Positions 61,244 through 64,000 of a DNA stretch of 64,000 nucleotides are shown here, piece by piece. The DNA is from Takakia lepidozioides (taxonomy: Eukaryota; Plantae; Bryophyta): positions 47,554,001 through 47,618,000 of the forward strand of contig CM060734.1 in NCBI GenBank assembly GCA_030704615.1, read 5' to 3'. Under the pieces are notes generated by a model. That model had not been told where the DNA came from. It did not search any database and saw nothing but the letters and a program-made list of their open reading frames with translations. Numbering within the stretch: the stretch's first letter is position 1; each line of letters opens with the position of its first letter. The position numbers were made by a program, and so were the translations under genes.

Positions 61244-63410
61244 GTAGGCTGAACTGCGAAGCCCGTGACTGATTCACGATTCGATGGCTGTAGGGGAGTA
61301 ACCTCGAACGTCAGTCGGGGGTCGGTAGGAAGAAGAGATGGCACCCATTTGTAACCCGGTGGAGCCGAGACTTTCAAGGATCCCACAAACCAGATTGTAA
61401 CACTATTAGGGCACAAGGAATCGGAGATGGAACAAGGCCAGACAATTCTCTTAAGAACTGAGCTAGATAGCAGAGAATGCAAGGAGACCTTTAGAAATAT
61501 TGATATAAAAAACAATCCTTCATGTGAGGTCGCACTCTCCGAGCATCTCAAGGCTGGCAGGGAAACTGACCGAGTAACCGTATCTGCGACTAGAACGCAA
61601 GCAGAGGAGGGAGAATCTTTACAATAGATGAAAATGGGGATGAGCAAGAGAGGAGGGAATGAGCTCACCGCCGGGAGGGAAGGGATGGCCATATCCAGGG
61701 GTGCCAAACAGAATGAAGAATTGTCCGAATTGGGGATCGGGACTATGACCAAATCGTTGGAACTAGCATTATTATCCAAGTTGCGCGAATATTTCTGTGA
61801 GGAGCGTAGGGCCTCTACCAAGAGCTTCCCAGCTTCGTAAGTAGCCAATAAGTAGGGGCGGCTGGCCGCGCTTCCCAATTCGACTGGAACCGAACTACCA
61901 AAAATCCACCTTAGCGTTGAGTCGCCAGCCTGTAGGGAAGAAACGTCAGATAGCTTGATGACTGGCAAGACTTGAACGAAGAATAGATTGTTGTTAGAGG
62001 CAGATTGATGCACTCTGGAGCCAAATAACACAGCAGTTTCCGAAGACAACTGAAAAGTGGGAAGAGAAGACGAGAAAATCTCTTTTTTTGGCAAGAATGA
62101 GCTCCATCTCTTTTCCTTGAGAAAGGGTGTAAACGTCCTTCTTGGTGATCCAAGCAGAGGCGAACTTGTTGCCTCCCGAGAAGAGCACCGAGGGGATCCC
62201 AGCCGGGAAGCCGTAGATAATGGGGGCTATAGTGATAGCCACCGAATGAGCCCCCGCCAGCCAAGAAGCATCAGGCAGTTGCACATCTGCAAAAGACTTC
62301 AAATGAAGGCAATACGTTGCCAAGCTCTGAGTCCCGTCCTTGGGGTTGAGCGGAAAGACAGCCGGAATATCTTCCGCTGCATAAGGAGCTCCCTGGGACG
62401 GAGAAGAGAGCAGGTAAACACGAGGGCTGATTGCAGCTGGAGAAGCCACGGTATCAAGCCGCGATCTTTTGGACGGATGAGGCAGAGGTGGCGTGACATC
62501 CAATCTTTTCCTGGAAGGCCCTGCCATAGCATCCTGGGAGGCCAAATGCACATCATCTGAGGGCTTGAAGCTTGGGGCAATCCGCCTTGATGTGCCCTTT
62601 TGCGCGGGTCTAACTAATCATTTCTGTATGGCGCTAGGGAGAAACTACTACTCACTCATGTTCAGCTCTCCCGAGTTTGCTGTCAGGGCACTTGCCTTCA
62701 ACGTTTGCCTCTCCAAGTGCCGTGTGCACATATTCCCCTGGTCAGCCGACTGGGGTCATAGAGGTGGTATCACATGCAGGCCTAGAGTCTTGGCACTCCC
62801 TTACCTCCCTAGAAACTACCTCAGATCTCTGCCTGAGATAGGAGCTCATTTTGGGGTGTATATTGGCTCAATGAATGTTATTGATCAGATTCATCTTGAC
62901 GCTCAAAGTATTGACAATGAAGTGTTATCCTTTGATGCCCAAAGAGACGGAGGAGCTCCCCAGATTGTGGTCATGATGCCAGTGGAGGCCTCCATCATCC
63001 CCACACTCAAGTTGTCGACATTGGACAACTTCTTCGTCACAGTGGCAGTCGAAGAGGTCTATATACCGGTGATTTGCTTTGCTCCGTGGCCCAGTTCCTG
63101 ACGAACAATCTGTTGCGGACCCTGCCAGGGAAGTATAAGAGGACCCCTTGCTCAGCAAGCAGCTGAGAATGTTCCTTGTAATCTCCATGTTGAGTTGGAG
63201 AATGGGTTGAGCCTCTTCCACAGGGGCCACTTCTTCCCTCCAACAAAAGGAAGAACTGATCGGGGAGGCTGGTCGCCTGGGGCCAGCTCCCAGCACTCTA
63301 GGACCAGTGAAGGAGGGCCTTCTGCCATTAGGGTTGTTTCTAGCTCTAGGGTGTCTGCGAGCTTCTCCCCTATGATTGTTGGCACCGAAAGCAGCAGGGA
63401 CGTACGCCAT
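61240..63410 (-). pseudogene. L1 ORF1 (DUF4283-like RRM plus CCHC knuckle) with segment 62608-63083 inverted
   Basis: Minus-strand LAEQGVLLYFPGRVRNRLFVRNWAT joins plus-strand GLTNHFCMALGRNYYSLMFSSPE...IFPW...VICFA, which joins minus-strand RAKGHIKADCP. Confidence 0.75.
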
Positions 63411-64000
63411 GGTAACGAGAGCGAAAGCTGGGGAGATTAACAAGGGAAGCCGCGATGGAGATAAGGGACGCACTTGAAGATAAGAAGACCAAAAGAAGGG
63501 GACTTTTGCAAACGATGAAGTGAAACTGGAGCGCAGCAGAAGGGAGAAGAGGAAAAAGGGCGGGAAGCCACCGATAAGGCTTGGTGAGGAGCTGCGCGGG
63601 AGCCCGATTGGAATTAAGGCGGAGCGTGGGGAATGAAGAGCGCCGGGAAAAGGTGGGGCTTTCCCAGAGAAATAACATCGCTCACTGAGCTGTCAAGACA
63701 TCAAGTCCGAGGAGCCGACCAAGGCTGTTAAGAATTCATGTTGATGTAAGAAACTGAGAGAGGGAGAATCGGTGAGCATAGAGAAGAGATAGTTCCTTGT
63801 GGACGAACGAAGGAGGAAGAACGAGAGAAGGGGACTGTGAGGGGAGCTAGAAACGGCTAAGTTCAAGCCACATAGACCGCAAGATGCGGAGCTCCCCATC
63901 TCTTCCTTCTTCCTCTTTTCCTTCTTCCTTTGTATGTTCAAATTGTAAATATATGCAGGTAAATTTTCTAACAATGATTCATATAGAATATAAGCAATTA

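Larger units (their letters stand above)
51610..63929 (-). mobile_element. Full-length L1-clade LINE (about 6.9 kb net) with a nested Ty3/gypsy fragment
   Basis: A-rich tail (T-run at 51610-51635 on +), TSD TTGTATGTT at 51601-51609 and 63930-63938, purine-rich 5' end, ORF1 (DUF4283-like plus CCHC), APE endonuclease, RT and zf-RVT. Confidence 0.88.

Overview
Eukaryotic DNA from a land plant, probably a non-seed plant (inferred from gene style and transposon types). It holds one intact host gene: a ~24-exon kinesin-7 (CENP-E/KIN7-type) on + at 13511-29377, with an RTE/RTEX-like LINE in intron 10. The rest is nested mobile DNA. The main finding is two decayed copies (781-8617 and 36444-47499) of an ~11-kb Mutator-like DNA transposon; copy B has a 9-bp TSD, GTTGATAGG. 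The element carries (i) a GCM-like/DDE/SWIM transposase gene on the minus strand and (ii) a divergent, intron-containing gene. Once a 1.3-kb internal inversion is undone, that gene reads as a ParB/Srx-like domain (DGNHR) fused to a prokaryote-type beta-class N6A/N4C DNA methyltransferase. The element also carries (iii) an array of ~20 palindromes of 28-36 bp at a 116-bp period, lying in that gene's first intron in copy B, with a compensatory base change between the two copies. Copy B sits in one arm of a ~2.6-kb-arm inverted duplication. The right end of the window is a full-length, TSD-flanked L1 (51610-63929, minus strand) with an inverted ORF1 segment and a nested, truncated Ty3/gypsy element. 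All calls come from reading motifs and comparing sequence by eye; no database searches were run.
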